DNA of 63,323 nt, filler included, from Sphacelaria rigidula (GCA_964200075.2; 5 parts of 5 records of this genome joined end to end with filler, not necessarily neighbours in it), one strand, 5' to 3'. Counted from the first letter of the whole stretch, positions 47,901 to 60,243 are shown. A program made the numbers and translations. Notes: generated from the letters alone by a model not told the origin.

Positions 47901-49698
47901 TAGCCCCACTATTTGACCCCAAAAAATGTGTCTCCCGGCGCAAGTAGGGCGAACAGGAGAAAAAGTAGCACAGCAGGTAAGTTTCCTGCAAACGTGCAGT
48001 ATAATCAACGTGGAGTGCGCCCTCGCGCTCTAATCAGACATCGGGTCACTTTCATCATTTCACACTTCCTGGGACACCAGAAAATAGCCTACTGGCGGTA
48101 CCCGTTGGTGGTGGTTTCGAATAAAATCTAGGATACTCGAATTGTTGCAAGGGTCGGACAAAACGATGATTCGTCTGGAAATTACTTGGTTTTAGTATTA
48201 TGATTCGAATCATCACGAAACAATCCCTAGGCTTGGTTTTCAGCGTTGCAACCCAGGTGCACGCAGCCCAGACACGCGGAATGGCGCAAAAGTTGCGTGG
48301 ATACCCCTTGGACCAGCGGTCAATTTTTTTCTTCTTTTTNNNNNNNNNNCTTCTTTTTGGGCAATCAGGCCGAAGAAATCGTGGATTTGGTGATTCGAAC
48401 CCGTGATGATTCGTCCTAACCGTGAATAATTGCTGATATCAAGGCGAAAATAACGACACCTGTTTCGGATCGTCGCTCGTTGTACTTACCAAGTTACGGC
48501 GAAAGCACATGTTGGCGGAATTATTGACAATATTGGACCTTGCGCTAGAAACAGATAAGTCACGGTAGTAATGCCATTCGAGATGTCAACGTGTCAATAC
48601 GCACCTCAGGTACTTCCGTACTCTGTATAACCTCTCGTGAGGTATCGTGGGAGACACTTTTTTGGATCAACTACTTGAAGTGGGTGGGACAGCCTATAGT
48701 AGGTAGGGTTGAGCTGATTTGGTAGGGTGGCCAACAGTGGCACAACAAACAGACTCGTAAACCAGTCATGAAATCTTCGCACACGAAATTGTTCATTTTG
48801 CGAGGTTTTCAACCTCTCTGGGGAGTTTTTCAGCATATGGGGTTACGGGGAAGGGGGGCGTTCTGATCGGCCCGTGACGAAAATTCTCACCTCTTCCTGG
48901 TGCCACTGTATCTCAGTCTGACGGAAATTCATGTCCTCTTCTCGACATTTGATGTTCCAAGCCATGTCCGCCATCTGCTAGTATGTCATCCATGTGTACA
49001 ACGTGGACCCATGCAGGCCAAGGACAAGGGCAGCCGTTTCATTGCACCAACCCCCACGGCATCGAACAGCGGGCCGAGGACAACGAGGATTTTGAATTTT
49101 TGACGTGTCAACGACGTGGATCGATTATCGGGAGGCTTATTTTTGGTATGGACTGTAGTTTTGTATGGCACTAGACTCGATTGGACGCCCGTTCACAAGA
49201 CCCTATCCCAACTCGAGGCTGGAAACAAATACAGAAACTCTGCAGTACAACAGTTTTGTGTAACATGCCGTACTTTCAAGGTCAAGACATGCAAGTAATA
49301 CGGTACACAAGTAGTGCGGGGCTCTTGTATCTATTTGTACGTATCGATTCCGAATCCAGTACAAGACAGACGAAAAGTAGCAGATGCAGAAGTGTGTAGG
49401 ATGTGAGCAGCAGGGCCGTTGCACCATGTCATTAGCTAATGATCTCAAAGCGGAAGTTACGCCAGGCCGTCTCCATTGCAGGATTCCCGTCAGAAATGTA
49501 TCTGCACAGCATAATCAGTGCAGTCATGCACAGTACGGTAGGGGAACCCACATCTGCTGGGAGCAACACTACAACTGACAGAAGACTAGACAGCAACACA
49601 GGTCCGTTTTTGTTGAACCCATACACTAGTAGAAGCAGAATCGAAAACCCTTCGCTTACCCCCATCCCTCCACTCCCAAGTGCCCCGAGTATATCCAT
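38908..49698 (-). CDS. Orai-family (CRAC) calcium channel-like protein, 3'-partial; exons 49698-49660, 48974-48891, 43760-43628, 38960-38908; the rest is probably beyond the contig end
   Basis: In-phase GT-AG splicing gives MDILGALGSGGMG|MADMAWNIKCREEDMNFRQTEIQWHQEE|VWWRGVNDRKREVEEKAKQLEQVASLSALIAGFALVAMVEVSIPD|NVNVVLLISFGSTAASV. SALIAGFALVAMVEV matches Orai1 TM1 (SALLSGFAMVAMVEV), and LLISFGSTAASV resembles TM2 (LLIAFSACTTV). Exons 1-2 are less certain than exons 3-4. Confidence 0.85.
39251..43342 (-). mobile_element. Non-autonomous (gag-only) Copia-type LTR retrotransposon in Orai intron 3
   Basis: 5' LTR 42891-43342 and 3' LTR 39251-39659, both TG..CA. A G8 PPT abuts the 3' LTR. Frameshifted gag lies at about 42670-41540 (EKARLEYEWQTLQM..ELPMTFLARA..HIVRCLSSEYE). 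No RT or IN is recognisable. The TSD is not exact (TGGTT vs CGTTT). Confidence 0.85.
40328..41540. repeat. Large inverted duplication inside the LTR element (arms ~40328-40835 and ~41140-41540) around a tandemly repeated spacer
   Basis: The + ORF at 40334 and the - ORF at 41237 share AVQL..GCEVVSV..DTMEMQLTRNGG..RMWDSVEVDRRMTEVMWSKG. Confidence 0.9.
45020..45319 (+). mobile_element. tRNA-derived SINE-like element; headless copies at ~46963-47154 (-) and ~50472-50640 (+)
   Basis: Box A TGGTGTAATGG (45027-45037) and box B GGTTCGATTCC (45071-45081). The middle is tRNA-Pro(AGG)-like, but the acceptor stem does not pair. The body GCGTGAGAACGTGAGTAAACAAA..GGGTTCAAAGTG is repeated and ends in an A-rich tail. 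Confidence 0.7.
46165..46690. repeat. Foldback (46165-46265 vs 46345-46455) with a further direct copy of the right arm (46540-46690)
   Basis: CGATTCCCGAGCTCAATTTTGA..ACGATGTACAGG is the reverse complement of CCT.TACATC.TG..CTCAAAATTGA.CTCGGGAATCG, which occurs twice. Confidence 0.8.
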
Positions 49699-50640
49699 GG
49701 CTATGCCAGGCCGAGTTTTCCGCTGAGTTTTCTATCAAGTCTGCACCGCGTTTCCGTGTCAGCCGAAGTGTTCGGCGTCCCAAGCGCGGTTATACAAGAG
49801 CTAAATTTAATCTTTTTCATCGTCATTTTTGGTAATTATGGTGTCAAACATTCCCGTCGGTCGGAAAGAATCATGAATGGAAGATCTCATCATCTCAGTG
49901 TACACATTTTTCAATTGCAAGTCTAGGTTGATACATGACCACCGTCGTTTTCTTCTGACTATTTCCCCCCACTCGTTCATCTGTATATTGAGGAGCTGTT
50001 TTGTATTTGCGTAGCTGTACATGATGCCAGCCGTTTTCTTGTAGTTTCGGCTGGCACCCGTTATCTTCCTCTGTGTGGGTGTACATCGTCACGCTGTAAT
50101 TCTGAAACCTCACGCTTGCTGATATGCGCGAGATACCACTGTGTGCAATGCCTGTACTCCAGAAGAAAATAAATACTAGTAGTATTCAAATGTCATCCAG
50201 TGAGCATCTGAGATACTAAATAGAAAGAATTGTCAGCTACCGCACTGTAACCTGCGAGTGTCAATTGTAAGTATATACTCAATAGTTGCAATAGGCAAGA
50301 AACGTACCGCACAAAGTATAGATGTATTTCGACTATTGTCGGCCGGCAATAGTTACAATAACAGGCCTATACTTTATCCAGTGTACTTCTCGTCTGTTGC
50401 ATCTATCGTCCGTATATTATTCAGAGTGTGAAATATTTATGCGTGTACCCGAGCAATAATAGTAATGGTTGTTTTTTTCCTTCGTAATGTATGATATCCA
50501 CCGTGAAATGCGTGAGAACGTGAGTAAACAAAAGTAATCGACTGAGTTTGTGTGACGTGAGTCGACGCGGTGCGGGAGTGCTGACCCAATCTGCGAGACC
50601 AAAATGAAAGGCACGTACCGGGGGAGAGATGGGTTGATCC

Positions 50641-50740
50641 NNNNNNNNNNNNNNNNNNNNNNNNNNNNNNNNNNNNNNNNNNNNTTAATTAATTAANNNN
50701 NNNNNNNNNNNNNNNNNNNNNNNNNNNNNNNNNNNNNNNN
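50641..50740. other. Artificial contig linker
   Basis: N44-TTAATTAATTAA-N44. Confidence 0.97.
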
Positions 50741-52139
50741 TATCCGCACTGTGCTGTGCGTTGCTCCTTTCATCGGAGCACGGGGTCTGGCCCAGCCGGT
50801 CGAGCGGTGTATACCGACGCTGGTTGTGTGTCTTTACGCAGCCATCTTCGGTATCGGGCGAGTGATGGGTTCGGATAACATGAAGTTTTCAACAGACAGC
50901 CAAGTGTGTAGACCGCACTGCGTCCCGACTGATACTATACTTTACAGAGAGACGAACACAACCATAGAGCACCTTAAGCAATCTAAGCGGAGATCAAACC
51001 GTCTTAGTAAGGTCTAAACACACCGCAGAGCAGTGCTTCCTATGGCACATATGAGAGCGGACGTGAATGTGCTTGTGTTGCAGTACAGTGAAACAGGACA
51101 TGTCCCATGTTTTAGTTCTTCGGCTGATTTTAAACGGGTCCTCAGTGTGCCGGGTGCCGATCTTGAACGTTTGGCCATAATTGCGCTTCGCGGAAATAAT
51201 ATAATTCACTACAAAACCATCCCCATGTATGGGTCCTGTGCCGGGATTTCGATGTCTTTCGCAAAATACAGCAAGGGAATTTTGAGTACATTTTCTCCAA
51301 AAATCGAAGTTACTCTCAAACGTTGTTTCCATCGCGTATCGCGGCAGTGTTAGGTCAGCGGGCGCACTTGTTCTTTTTTGCATCAGGGTAATCTGGCTCA
51401 TTTTCTCTGGAACGATGAGCTCATCGTGAATTCTTACATATGTGACGACACACAGCACGTGACTACGCGGCGTGGTTCTTCACGCCAAAATCAAGGCCAA
51501 GTGACGCTTTCGCTCAGCACTGTGGGCTTACAGTATAGTTCTTCATGCACATAACTGCGCGACAGATTAGTCGTTTGTTGAGAGGACTGCCGTCGACAAG
51601 CGTACCTTCTTGAACATTAGTTCCACCTCTGAAATCGCTCCAAGAGCAAATGCCATAACTTATACCTCACGTTTGATTTTCCCAGAATGTTTCGAGTTTG
51701 GTCACTGGGTGGGTTACCTATTGATTAAACATTAGTTTTACACGGAACGGACGTGAAGATCGACATGACGCGCCCCGGCGGCCAGGGGGTTTACCGACGT
51801 GGAATAATATTTGCGCAAATATGATCTTATTTTTTCTTTATTTTGGTAATGTGTCTGGTGAGGAATAGCAAGGACGGTATTGGAAAAGCGAGCCTACGTC
51901 TGTGACCACGGGTTAGTGTCTATCGGGATGACTGACGTCCTTTCGCCCGTGAGGCAGGTTGACCACAAGGTCCGTGCCGGTGCAACATCCGTACGTGTAT
52001 GGTGGGCAGCACCTCAAATAAAATTTTAATGCAGAGGCTTCCAAATTTTGTCTCGAGTGCACTCCCAGCCCCACAAACCTTCGGGGGAGGGCAGTGAAAA
52101 CCTCATGGATCACCTCTTCTGAAACGGTGTGACCCCTCG

Positions 52140-53310
52140 CGCATCCGACGCTCGGCCACCAACTGGAGATTGCGCTGAGCACCTTCGCACCAACTATTTT
52201 TGCGAAGCGAATCATACCTGAATTTCAACATCACTAATTCAAGAATAGAGGTGATAGCGTCTAGGTATAGATGATCGATGGAATGAGGCAATCAGCTCCT
52301 CGAACCATGGCGGGAACTTCGACTTCATCGTGTGTATTGCATTCTGTCGTTAAACAAATTGTCTCCCACCTCCGTGACACCAGTGCTAGAGCTCGATTTC
52401 CGACCTCAACCACACCCAACATATATCTAGAAGCGCGTTTTACATTTTTTCGGTAACAACTATCTCGTACGAAGCGAGTGATACCTACTTTTCCAATCAC
52501 CAACTCGAAGAATAGAGGTGATTATGTCCAGTTATAGATGATCATGAGTGTGTGGATCATCGATGTGATGGACGGGTTTTAAGGATTTCCAGTACTGGCC
52601 GGTCCAAGTATATTCCATTTTGCGGAATTTTGTGATTTAGTCGTAACTGACGATTTTCTCGGGCTCTTTTCGCTTGCCAGCGCTCATCACATTGAGAATC
52701 TGAAGATCTTCATATCCGCTCCACATTCCAAGAAAAAAACAACTGTACTCAATAGTGAGTGACTTACGGGCCGACCGATCATCGGGGGTCCTGCTACCGT
52801 TTCAGCCCAGATTCTTACTCTTCTGTATTTTCGGTCGATCAAGCCTGGCCCGATCAAATATGTGAAGAAATGTACAGATGTAGTTTCTTCATTCTATCTA
52901 CTCATTGCACTACAGCCGAAAAACTGTGTTTTACGGTCAATAACACCCTCTTGATGAACGGGGTATTTCCTCGTATGCCCCGACAACACCAACTGACACT
53001 GACTCGGGCACTGTGTTTCGACGATGATATGTTCATGGTACCAAAAATGTACCGACGGTAGCAACTTCGAGTTCTATCCAAGAGTAGTACGCGAGGAAAA
53101 CCTCAAAACACCCCTGAATAGTTAGAATGCTCAGTACAGTAGTTCCTTGAACCATGAGGGGAAGTCACACTTCATTCTGTGTATTCATCGGTGTTTTGTC
53201 AAACTAATTCTCTGCCACCTCCGTGTCACCAGTGCTTGGGTTCGACTTCCGATATCGACCACGCCCGAAACATATCAAGAGGTGAGATACAATTTTTTTC
53301 GGTAGAGACG
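52140..53310 (-). pseudogene. Decayed, intronless, tandemly repeated F-box-like modules, interrupted by a MITE
   Basis: Three related units with frameshifts and stops: ..ALVTRRWQRI; DHL*LDIITSIL/ELV..RALALVSRRWETI; IDHLYLDAITSILELV..VLSAISSWWPSV. Confidence 0.35.
52590..53139 (+). mobile_element. Copy of the Tc1/mariner-type MITE
   Basis: Degenerate TIRs; body matches 59695-60243. Confidence 0.8.
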
Positions 53311-53740
53311 ATAATACTCATTTCGTATTGGCGGGTATGAGTAACATGCTAGTGTGCTGGGACAACACATGGAGACCGAGCTCCACGTTAAATTATACTT
53401 CTTCTGTCCGATAAGCCTGGTTGATTATGGCGTGCAATTCGTATCGCCCCCATAGTAGGCGTCATTTGAAGGAGAAAACCAAGGGGATCGTAAACAAGAG
53501 ATAATTACTTGATCAAGTACATATTGACCATGTGTAGGCAGCATAGCTTCAAGGTGAAACGAATTCAAGAATGTTTGCCGCGTTTTCTTGTGTCCCTCGC
53601 AACCTTTCCAGGCATTCCATTTTCTTCATTTTCTGTCCGAACAGGAGTAAAATCCAGCCATTTTCGGCCTGACTGAGTTTTTAGAGGGCGTTCGCCCGCA
53701 CGTGTCAGGCACAAACTTTCAAAGTATACATGTCCATGTA

Positions 53741-54631
53741 TCATTTCACATTTTTCATCACTTTTGCCGAGTTTTCTCTGGCGGCAAGGCATTTTTTCCC
53801 GTGCTTTCTTTTGCAGCGAACTGAGAAGGCTCAGCGATACATTATCGTTCAGGTTTGGGTGTCATCTGATACCTGTGGTGCGTGTTCTGGCAACCGAAAG
53901 TCGTCAAAACCGGTCCTTTTTCGCGGGGTATCGACCCCGAACCAAAAAAGGCTTTTCAAGATCATGGAAAACCTGAAACAAGGACCCGAACCACAAAAGA
54001 GTCATGTTAAAGATCATGGAAAGTTTCGAACAGGATTACTTTTGGGGGGGTATTTTCCCCCCGTGTTTTTCTTTGTCGCGCTCTCAATCATGTGGGAGCA
54101 CAAACACACCGGTTATGCCGCCAATGTCACGAGAACATGACATCAAAGCGTTGTAAACAATTGAGCATTATCTTGGCCTTAGTCAGCAGCAAACACAAAA
54201 CCGTGCAATGGGCCATTGGCGGGTTGAACAACGCACAGCATCACGGCAGCACAGGAATGTTTTGCCGCAAAAACAATCACCCTGTTTCAAAAAAAGGCCC
54301 GGTGATGTGGAAGCCACAGTGATGCACGAAGAACATACCGAGAATATTCCACGCAATCCAATTTTTCAGGAGTGCCTCCCGCTGCAGGGTCTTTGTGGCA
54401 CAAGAGCTACTTCACACTCTGGCACCTCGGAAATACCACACATATCCTACGCCGGCGGTTCCGCTCCGTCCGAATTCCCATATTTCCGAACGACATCCGA
54501 TAAAACATGCGATGTTGTATACAGCCACGATCACTACTGTACATCGAGATGCAACAGACTCTCTCAACCATATATTTTCGACTTGCGTCACCCCCGGGAG
54601 GTCCGTACTAACCTCCCAAAGGAGAACCTTG
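53741..54631 (+). mobile_element. Non-autonomous Helitron-like repeat (longest copy)
   Basis: A|TC 5' end, subterminal hairpin GGGAGG-N10-CCTCCC (54596-54617), 3' end CTTG|T, and no TIR or TSD. Three copies are in the window. Confidence 0.55.
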
Positions 54632-55457
54632 TATGTATATATTAGTTTCAACCCAAACACGCCAAAGAATGCACACGTCGAACAACTCATGAGTTACCTC
54701 AGTACAAGGTGGTTCAGATTGAAAACCCAAAATTCAGTCATCAGCAAATGCCTTCCGCAATACGCACCCAATAGTCGCATACATGGTATCATACTGACCG
54801 CAAGGAAGAGACGAAAACGGTGACATGGCCGGATTTTTGTTCAAGGCTAGAGCAGTGGCGCTATGGACAAAAATATGTCTCGACCAATCAGCGCCTATAA
54901 TATTGTTCCGAAATTGAAAACACGAATTCCAAGTCCAATATCCACCGGATCTCCACATGCTTCAAACCGTAGTAACTGTCGTCAGCTTAGGAGTCTAAGG
55001 GGAGAAACAGATTTGAAAACGGTTCCAATGCGGGCGATTGATGCCCGACCCCGTAATGTTTCGGTGATATGGAGCTATGGCGTCGTATGATTTCCACTCA
55101 TGATACGTACCAAAGACCCATGGAGCGTCGTGACGATTTCCCTTCCATCTGTTGTAGAAGAGCTCAGATCATCCTCAAACCTGGCAGTTCCGTAGGTACT
55201 GATGCTGCAAATGGAAAAAAATGCATTCTTGGCAAGATTTCAAAGTTTCTCCGATCTCTACCGGCTTCCGGGTGTCCCAGCATAAAGACCCCCGGGAGGC
55301 GGTACAGAATGCCTCAACCCCAAAAGGTTGACATCTGAATCGCCTGGGCCTTGAACCGCAAAAAACAACCCTCAAAAAGGGCGATTCGGTACTTCAATCA
55401 AGTAAATAGGGGGGGCGGCAGTCTTTTTTATACCTCGGCGCACGTTTTCGAATTTTT

Positions 55458-55728
55458 TCACGCCATTTTTTCGAGTTAGACCACGCAATTTGGAACACAT
55501 GTTCTCGAAAGCATTATCTGAAACTCGGAGAATGGGCTTTTTATTTTGTCGTTTGTTGACCGGTTATCTAGGGTTGCGGTTGACCAAGTTGACCGGGGGT
55601 GGGTGCGAATCCCGGTTGTTTCGACCCCTGAAGCAAAAATAAGAAAAGCCCATTCTTCGAGTTTTAGATAACGCCTTCGAGAACATGTGTGCAATTTTTC
55701 GTGGTCTAACTCGAAAAAACGGCGTGAG
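55458..55728. repeat. ~270-bp foldback / MITE-like inverted repeat
   Basis: TCACGCCATTTTTTCGAGTTAGACCACG pairs with CGTGGTCTAACTCGAAAAAACGGCGTGA, and ACATGTTCTCGAAAGC..AGAATGGGCTTTT pairs with AAAAGCCCATTCT..GCCTTCGAGAACATGT. Confidence 0.85.
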
Positions 55729-55794
55729 GAATCGCTGGGGACATACTTTTGGGTTTTCAACCTGAACCAGCTTGTATTGTGGTAAAACTAAGAG

Positions 55795-57693
55795 AGCGGG
55801 AAATGATACCACTGACTTGTACTACACCGCATAAATCAGACGGTGGAAAATGGTGCCGCTAAGTTGTACCGTATAACTCAGCCAGTGGAAAATGGCACCA
55901 CTGAATTGTACGGTATAACTTAGCCAGTGAAAAATGGTCTCGCGGAGTTGTACCATTTAACTCAGCCAGTGGATATGAGACCGCTAAGTTGTACCGTATA
56001 TCTCAGCGAGTATAAAATGGTACCGCTGGGCTGTACCGACAACTCAGATAATGGGAGCTTGTACCGGTGAGTTGTACCGTATAAATCAGTCGCTGCATGG
56101 CACGAGTGAGGTTTACCGTGTAAATCAGCCTGTGAGAATGGCACCACAGAGGTTTACCGCATAACTCAGCCAGAGAAAAACGGCACCGCTGAGGGTGTGT
56201 CTAGGGCGTGTCTTATCAGGAATAAAATATAAAAAAACTGCGGTGGATACTGAAATTTCGATCTGATGCGTCGTCAGTTTATCATGGATGACATCGGCAT
56301 AAATGACGGTGTATCAGATCAGATTTGTTTTCACCGTCGCACTTTTTCGATCGAAAATAAGATGGTAAGACACCGCCACAGCGGGGAAAACATTCCAGCG
56401 AACAAGTGCAGCGGGAACGAACAAAATGTATCTGATACGTCCGCACCATTCATGTTCTCAAGTGGCCTTAATTTCTGTATCTAATTATTCGCACTCGACC
56501 GGGCGGGTAAGAAAAGAAAAGCTCAGCTTTTTCGATCGAAAAAATCCGGTGGAAAAGAACGAAGGGGCACTCGACCCCAATCTCGCAGACCACCACGACA
56601 GATATCACCCGTTCTCAGAACCATGCAAACCCCACATCATTCTCTGCTATTACCGCAACCTTGCAGCCTAGAGCACGAGTTTAGCACAGGGGTACAGTGA
56701 AGTAACTAGGAACCGGCCCTAGCACCCTCTTGGCATCATATGAGCACCCTCTTGGCATCATATGTTTTTCCTTTGTTGGCGAAACGTTTAGCATGTTTTT
56801 TCATGGCCATGGCAAGGGCCGGCGACGGTATTTGCGTGGTGGGGTGGGTGACCGACTTGCATACACGCTCATGAACAGTACAGGCACTACGAAACTGCCC
56901 ACTGTTCGCATTCATTTCATATCCTACTATGTGTACGGGTACAGGCAGCTCTGTGCTGCCCGTGCTACACGGTTCCCGCTTTTTTCGCACATCTAACTGT
57001 AAGACATACACTCGACACACTGTATGCTGAACTGATCACACGTGATCAAGTGCCGCTTCACGACTTCCACCGTTTTTTCTCGATTGAAAGCTTGCCGATT
57101 CGCTCGCACCCCAATAAAACGAGTTCGATCAAATCAATTCCACCGCACTTGTTCGTTCGATCGGCCTTCTGTTGCGAAGACACGCCCTGAGTCGTACTGT
57201 ATAAATCAGCAATGAAAAATGGAACAGCTGAGTTGTATCGTACAACTCAGCCAGTGGAGAATGGTGCCCCTGAGCTGCGCTGTATACATCAGACAGTGAG
57301 AAATGGCACCACAGAGTTGTACCGTATAACTCAGCCAGTGAAAAATGGCATGCCTGAGGTGTATAACTCCCACAGTGGAAAATGGTACCGATGAGTTTCA
57401 CCATATAATTTCGACAGTGGGAAATGGCACCGCTGAGTTGAACGACATGAATCAGCCAGTGAAAAATATCACCAATGCATTGTACCATACAACTCAGACA
57501 GAGGAAAATGATACCGCTGAGTTGTACCGTAGAATTCAGCCAGTGGAAAATGGTACTACTGAGTTGTATCGTACAAGAAGACGATGGAAAATGCTACCGT
57601 TGAGTTGTACAATATAACTCAGCCAGTGAAAAATGGCACCGCAAAGTTGGACCGTATAACTCAGCCAGTGGGAAATGGCAACGCTGAGTAGTA
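55795..57693. repeat. 42-bp minisatellite (~22 degenerate units) split into two blocks (55795-56192 and 57188-57693)
   Basis: Consensus ATAACTCAGCCAGTGGAAAATGGCACCGCTGAGTTGTACCGT with internal inverted repeat AACTCAGC/GCTGAGTT. Confidence 0.92.
56193..57187. mobile_element. ~1-kb non-autonomous PIF/Harbinger-like DNA transposon inserted in the minisatellite
   Basis: TIR GGGCGTGTCTT / AAGACACGCCC, with the left end duplicated as GGGTGTGTCT. 3-bp TSD TGA at 56190-56192 and 57188-57190; removing the insert restores a repeat unit. Subterminal inverted GCGGTGGA/TCCACCGC. Confidence 0.7.
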
Positions 57694-59337
57694 CTAAAAT
57701 GACGAAACTTAGGTGAAGATGTGTCGAGTTGTCCGGCGTGTGAAAAATGCAACAAATATCAAAAAGCAAATGGGACACGGTTGAGGGCCAGTACATAACC
57801 ACCCAGACATGTGGGACAGAAAAATCACAGTGACTTCACGACCTTGCTGCTTGTTACAAGCACGAGAACACGCCTCAATGGGAAAACACACCCTGATACT
57901 GCTCAGCGGATGCATGGGCTAACTATGCTATAATTAGTAGCTTGTTTGTCGAGGATTATAAATTATGAATCGTCGCTCACGTTGGCTCTTCCACTTCCTG
58001 AAGATACTGCCACGCCTGCGCTCGTACTTGGACGCTGGTTAAAGCTAACCAAATGCGTGATGGAATTATTTGAACTCATCCGGCCGCTATCGAAACGGGA
58101 AGATACACAGCAACCTGACTGACGAGTAAGAGAAGAGTGTTTTCAAGCGAACATAGATGTGCACATCCTGATTTGGATTGTCTTTGAGCGAGATGGAACA
58201 AGATGGGGTCCTCATTGAGACGTTGCATGACATCTTGTCTCTGATGAACAGATGGAACGTCAGCAGTGCGGATCATGATTTATACGTACAATCTTGCTTT
58301 TCAGGACGGTTGATCGAGCCCCCCCGTCGAGATCACTATCCACCGCGACCAACATACAGCAACGAGGGCAACTTGTACGGTGGAATCAAAATATCTGTCT
58401 TGGGCCTCTTCTCCTTTGTTGCCTCCGGGTGTAACAGTCTCCATCAAGATGGACGTATTGTGAGTGAATTATCCCGACGGGATGGATGGGTGTCACTATT
58501 TATGTTCACTCAAAATGTTTTGAAGTGAGGCCCAAGCTGTCGTTCAGAGAGCTTACTTCTAGTACCAAGCATGCAGGGTTCGATCCAAGGACAACGGCGA
58601 TCACCAACGCCATCGAAATCCACAAAATACATGCACGGGCTCCGTTGTGCTGTAACCACGGTGCGACAACAGTGAAACACTAACGGTACTATAACCGAAA
58701 AGTAACCATGTACGCTAAGGGCCGGTGCACGATATCTCGGTGACTATATTCCACGGTGTTACACCGCACACGCACATCGTACAGTACAGTATCTGGGTAC
58801 AGCACGTACATCACCGCATCATCTAGTTACAGGTCGGTACTACTATACAATGTTGTGCGGTGGGTGGCAGACGGTCTCTGTGATGCTGCAAGCTGTCCAT
58901 ACAATGCGCACGTACCCATCAAACAATAAAACGACCACGACAAGCGTACGGCACGTGCGGGACAATCTCCGCGATGCTGCACCGTCGGCACAGAACCCAT
59001 GAACCCGTCAACACGCATACCAATCTCATAACCAGAGCATACCCCCAAAACAGCCGAAACATTTATGTATGTACTTCTTCTGCCCCATAATTTAGGTGAA
59101 CTATGTACGTACAAGCCCCTAACCGTGTCGGATTATGTTTTCAACATTTGTTTGCTTTTTTTTCTTTTATTGTTGTTTTGCTCCATTCCCCGTTCTCGAA
59201 CGAAGGCCATAACCGGTCTTGGTACGGCGTAGGGAGGGTCTTTTTGGCGGGTGTAGGTCCGGAATCACCCTTTAAGGAGTGATTCCTTCTAACTACTGCC
59301 CTTGGCCAAGCCGGTGGTGTGATGGTAGAGTTAGGCC

Positions 59338-59408
59338 AGCACGGTGCTCATCAGGCTTGGGTCAGCACGGTGCTCATAAGGCTTGGGTCAGCACGGTGCT
59401 CATCAGGC
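59338..59408. repeat. 26-bp tandem repeat, ~2.7 copies
   Basis: CAGCACGGTGCTCATCAGGCTTGGGT repeated. Confidence 0.9.
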
Positions 59409-59694
59409 ACACCCACCCCTGCTGTGATGCAGCAGTATAATATGTCAACACCCTGAGTGCGGGCGTACCCTGCATCACAAGCAGTGTGATGTGTCTACAC
59501 CCTGAGTACGGGCATGTTTGGGATTCATTGTGTGCGCGGAGGGAGATGATACCGCTGTCGAAAGCTGGCACGCACATATTTAATACAAAGGAGCTTATGG
59601 CGATGTGTAGACTGGTTTTGGCGACAAGGATGGAGGAGAAGCGGTCGTTGGCGGACGGGTTACGTCTGGTTGAGCCTCCTCGATGGGGCACTTA

Positions 59695-60243
59695 AAGTAG
59701 TGGGCGGTCTAACTACTCATTTTGTGGCATTTTCTGATTTTTTCGTGATTATCGATTTTCTTGGGTTCTTTTTTGCTCGTCACCCCTCATCACATCGGGG
59801 ATCTGAAGATATTTGTATCCGCTCCACATTCCAAGAAGAAAACATCATCTGTGCTCAATATTGAGACTCACAGGCTGACCGGTTATGGAGGTCCTGCCAC
59901 GTTTCAGCCCAGATTATTACTCTTTTAGATTTTCGATCGATCGAGCCCGTCCCGATTATATTTGCAGAGAAATGTACAGTTTTCTTTTTTTGAAATGCTG
60001 CCTACTGAGTGCGCTAGGGCCGAAAAACTGTTTTTCACGGTCAATAACACCCTCCTGATGAACGGGGTATTTGCTCGTTTCGCCTCGTAACACCAAGCAA
60101 CCCTGACTTGGGCACTGTGTTTCGAAAATGATCTGTTATGCTGTACCAATCTCTATCGAAGCTAACAATTTCGAGTTCTATCAAAGAGTAGTACGCGAGG
60201 AAAACCCCGGAACACCCCTCAATAGTTAGACCGCCCACTGCTG
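59695..60243 (+). mobile_element. 549-bp Tc1/mariner-type MITE (best-preserved of five copies)
   Basis: TIR (C/A)AGTAGTGGGCGGTCTAACTA / TAGTTAGACCGCCCACTGCTG flanked by TA on both sides; non-coding. Confidence 0.85.

Noticed and set aside
55795-57693. CRISPR array
   Set aside because: Palindromic units are contiguous with no unique spacers, the units are degenerate, no cas genes are present, and the context is eukaryotic.
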